Origin: Pirellulales bacterium
Lineage (GTDB): Bacteria > Planctomycetota > Planctomycetia > Pirellulales > PALSA-1355
Direction of reading: 5' to 3'
Length of the DNA stretch: 64,000 bases
Assembly (NCBI GenBank): GCA_963733035.1
Contig: CAVTBU010000008.1
Coordinates: 32,001-96,000 of the forward strand
Shown here: piece by piece, positions 61,079 to 64,000 of the stretch
How positions within the stretch are numbered: the stretch's first letter is position 1
Layout: every line of letters starts with the position of its first letter
Translations under genes and position numbers: made by a program
Notes under the pieces: model-generated
What the model was told of the DNA's origin: nothing
The model's database searches: none
Seen by the model: only the letters and a program-made list of their open reading frames with translations

Positions 61079-62209
61079 ATGACTCGAGTTTTCAACAAGT
61101 TCGGTCGTATCGCGGCGGTGGCAATCCTGACGGGAGTCATGGTTCCCAACGCAAGCCTGGCGGGTAACCACGGAGGTCATCACAGCTCTGGCAACGCCAT
61201 GAAGTCCGGCGGAAACCAGTTCCACGCCACACAGTTCAAGTCCATCGGCAATGCCAAGTCCAATAGCAACAACTTTCGGCGGCTGAACACGAGTTCCCTC
61301 CAGTCGGCGAACAATTGGACGAATTCCGTCAAGCTTGAGACGGGCAAATTCAACTCAAACGTTCTCAAGACCAGCAACCTCAGCAAAAACCTGGGAACCG
61401 GAAAGCTCGGTCAGTTCAAGCAGTTGTCCAGCGATGTCATTAAGCTGAAGGACCGCGGCAAGATCAATTTCCCCGGCGGACCACTCGTCACCGGCGGTTC
61501 TGGCAAGTTCAAGTTTCCGGGTGGTCCAATTGTTGGGCCATTCAACCCCGGCAACGTTGGACCGCTGCCGGGCGGCAAGCCAATCGATCCGGGCCAGGGC
61601 AATGGCAACCCCGGTGGCGGCAACGACGGCGGCACGGGAAACGGCCACAACCACTGTCACCACAATTGCCCGTGGCCCGTGTTCTGGCCGCTCTACGGCG
61701 GCGGCAACTATTGGAATAGCCCCTACTACGGTCCCTCCTACGCGACCCCCACGGCAATCGTGAATGATGTCGTGCCGGTCTCGACGCAAACACCCGCCCA
61801 GGTCGACGTAAGTGTCGCAAGTAAACCTGATTTGGTACTCGAAGACGTGCAGTATGTCGAACCGGCTACGCTATTGGTAGGTCCGGCCTACCGCGTGAAG
61901 TTTCGCAACCAGGGAATGGTCGCTGCCGGTAAGTTCCGCTTGGCTCTGATCGCCTCTATCGACGGTCAAGCCTATGAACAATCGCCGCAAACGATGGTGG
62001 AAGTCGCGGGCTTGGCCAGTGGTGAGTCAGGCGAGGTAACCGTTCGACTTCCACATACCGCAATGCAACTGGCCAATTCGACCGGACAGTCGACCGCCTT
62101 CACGGACCTGCTCGTGGCCGCCGACATCGACAATCTGGTCATCGAATCAGACAAGACCAACAATGTGGCGATCATTTCCCGCTCACAACTGGAAGTCCCC
62201 TCGAAGTAG
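61079..62209 (+). CDS. Secreted protein with low-complexity N-terminus and CARDB-like C-terminal domain
   Basis: Signal peptide; DLVLEDV...YRVKFRNQG...ESDKTNN. Confidence 0.75.
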   Translation: MTRVFNKFGRIAAVAILTGVMVPNASLAGNHGGHHSSGNAMKSGGNQFHATQFKSIGNAKSNSNNFRRLNTSSLQSANNWTNSVKLETGKFNSNVLKTSNLSKNLGTGKLGQFKQLSSDVIKLKDRGKINFPGGPLVTGGSGKFKFPGGPIVGPFNPGNVGPLPGGKPIDPGQGNGNPGGGNDGGTGNGHNHCHHNCPWPVFWPLYGGGNYWNSPYYGPSYATPTAIVNDVVPVSTQTPAQVDVSVASKPDLVLEDVQYVEPATLLVGPAYRVKFRNQGMVAAGKFRLALIASIDGQAYEQSPQTMVEVAGLASGESGEVTVRLPHTAMQLANSTGQSTAFTDLLVAADIDNLVIESDKTNNVAIISRSQLEVPSK

Positions 62210-62238
62210 GCCCGTGGTCAACGGAACGTCCCTGTCGA

Positions 62239-62288
62239 CCGTGGCGTGCGGTGGCCTCCCCGAAAGGCTGCCGGGCGCCGCGGTTTTT
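62239..62288 (+). terminator. Putative intrinsic terminator
   Basis: Long GC-rich hairpin (CGGTGGCCT/AGGCTGCCG core) followed by TTTTT. Confidence 0.55.
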
Positions 62289-62461
62289 CGCTGCGCGCTC
62301 GCGCGCGAAAACGGTCACCGGCGTTTCCGCTTGCAAGCCAAATGGCGGGCCGGCGTCACGGCCAGACCCTTATCGCTGCCGTCCGTGGTAGTGGTATACT
62401 TACACGGTTGCGTTCGACGGACGAGCGCCTTCTCGCTGCCTCTACCCGCATTCAACGATCG

Positions 62462-64000
62462 ATGTCGCACGCCGCCGATACGTTGACGCACATCGACCCG
62501 TCCCTGGTTTGGGACCAGTTGTCCGAGCACATCGATCAGTTCATTGAGGTTTGGGAGGACGCCCCGAAGCCTCCCGTGCTCTTGGATTTCGTCCCGGCCG
62601 GACCGCCGATTCTACGCCGTTTGACGCTCGTCGAGCTGATCAAGGTCGACCTTGAGCACCGCTGGCACGGCCGGCGGTGGCCGAAGCTGATCGAACAGTA
62701 TCTGAGCGACTTTCCCGAGCTCGCGGCCGACGGCGGCATTCCCTGCGACCTCGTGTACGAAGAATTTCACGTGCGCCGACAGCAGGGAGACGACGTCACG
62801 CTGGAGGAGTTTTGCGACCGCTTTCCAACGCGGGCAGGTGAGTTACGAAGGCTATTGAGCATCGATGCACCGACCCAGTCGACGTTGCTCGTCGAGGCGC
62901 GCAAAATACCATCGTTTGAGCCGGGTCAGCTGTTGGACGACTTTGAACTCTTGGCGCCCTTGGGGAAAGGGGCCTTCGCAACGGTGTTCCGCGCCCGGCA
63001 AAAGTCAATGCAGCGCATCGTCGCATTGAAGATTTGCGCGATCGCAGCTTCGAACCGCAGACACTTGCTCAGCTCGAACACCCAAATATCGTCCACGTGT
63101 TCGATCAGCGGCAACTGGTCGACTCGCGGCTGCGACTGCTCTACATGCAATACGTTCCGGGAGGTACGTTGCACGGCGTGCTTGAGCACATCCGGGCCCG
63201 GCCCACCGAACGCTTATCCGGAGCGTCGCTGCTGGCCGCCGTCGACCAGGCGCTGCTCGAAAACGGTGAAGAACCACCGGCCGACTCGCTCACGCGCTAC
63301 AAACTGTTGACGGCCAGTTGGCCGGAAGTTGTTTGCTGGATCGGTGTCCGGATGGCAGGCGCACTGGCCCACGCTCACGCCCAAGGCATACTGCACCGCG
63401 ATATCAAACCGGCCAACGTTCTGGTCGGTGCCGATGGACAGCCACGGCTGGCCGACTTCAATATCAGTTGCTCGAAACTCGACGGCGTCACGCCCGCCGC
63501 CTACTTTGGCGGAACGCTGGCATACATGTCGCCCGAGCAGCTCGAAGCCTATAACCCGGCCCACGAAAGAACTCCCGACGAAATCGACGGACGAGCAGAC
63601 GTCTACGCGCTTGGGCTAATGCTTTGGGAGCTACTTACGCGGGTGCGTCCCTTTGCTGGCTTAGCAATGCCTGCCGATTGGTCGCTTGCCCTGCCGGCCA
63701 TGACGGCTTTCCGCCGCGAGGGCCTACCGGCCGAAGACCGCGCGCTCCTGCCACCTGACTGTCCGCCGGCCGTCGCCGAAGTGCTAACAAAATGCCTAGA
63801 ACCAAATCCCAATGATCGCTACCAATCAGCCGGCGACCTGGCCCGCGAACTTGATCTCTGCCTGCAACCGTGCGCCCGATCGCTGTTGCGGGCCCGTGGT
63901 CGTTGGCAGTCGATGTTGCGGCGTCATCCGGTAGCGACGACGCTCACTCTGGGCCTCCAGCCAAACATCGTCCTTAGTGGGCTGAACATCGTCTACAATT
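62462..64000 (+). CDS. Serine/threonine protein kinase, apparent frameshift near 63035, runs off the window end
   Basis: LGKGAFATV...VALK in frame 1; HPNIV, HRDIKPAN, ADFN, GTLAYMSPEQ and DVYALG in the next frame. Confidence 0.9.

Noticed and set aside
60308..64000. ECF sigma / Ser-Thr kinase cluster as a novel system
   Set aside because: ECF-kinase associations are already well known in Planctomycetes.

Overview
The window looks like a GC-rich Planctomycete (Pirellulales-like) chromosome; this is inferred from gene content. Positions 1-38 kb and 55-64 kb hold mostly housekeeping and lineage-typical genes: ppc, corA, typA, rnd, mfnB-like, glpD/glpK, rho, an ArnT-like glycosyltransferase, an RND efflux pair, ECF sigma factors and a Ser/Thr kinase. 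The accessory part is a 16.7-kb element integrated at tRNA-Ser(GGA) and bounded by a perfect 56-bp direct repeat (38202-38257 / 54932-54987). It encodes a tyrosine integrase, an XRE repressor, an excisionase, a DnaB_N-AAA_25 helicase followed by an iteron-like origin, and small plus large terminase. I recognise no capsid, portal or tail gene, so it looks like a phage-satellite-like element. Its cargo is a divergent HPD-less J-domain-like/Hsp70 pair and an ART-like protein. Nested between the J-like and Hsp70 genes is a 3,729-bp IS1-family passenger transposon (26-bp TIRs, 8-bp TSD) carrying a HEPN/MtlR-like gene, an RHH gene, a SLATT-like gene and small proteins. A densely structured ~450-nt noncoding region lies upstream of rho. 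Six apparent single-base frameshifts in otherwise intact host genes suggest assembly indels. All product calls come from motif recognition by eye; no database searches were run.
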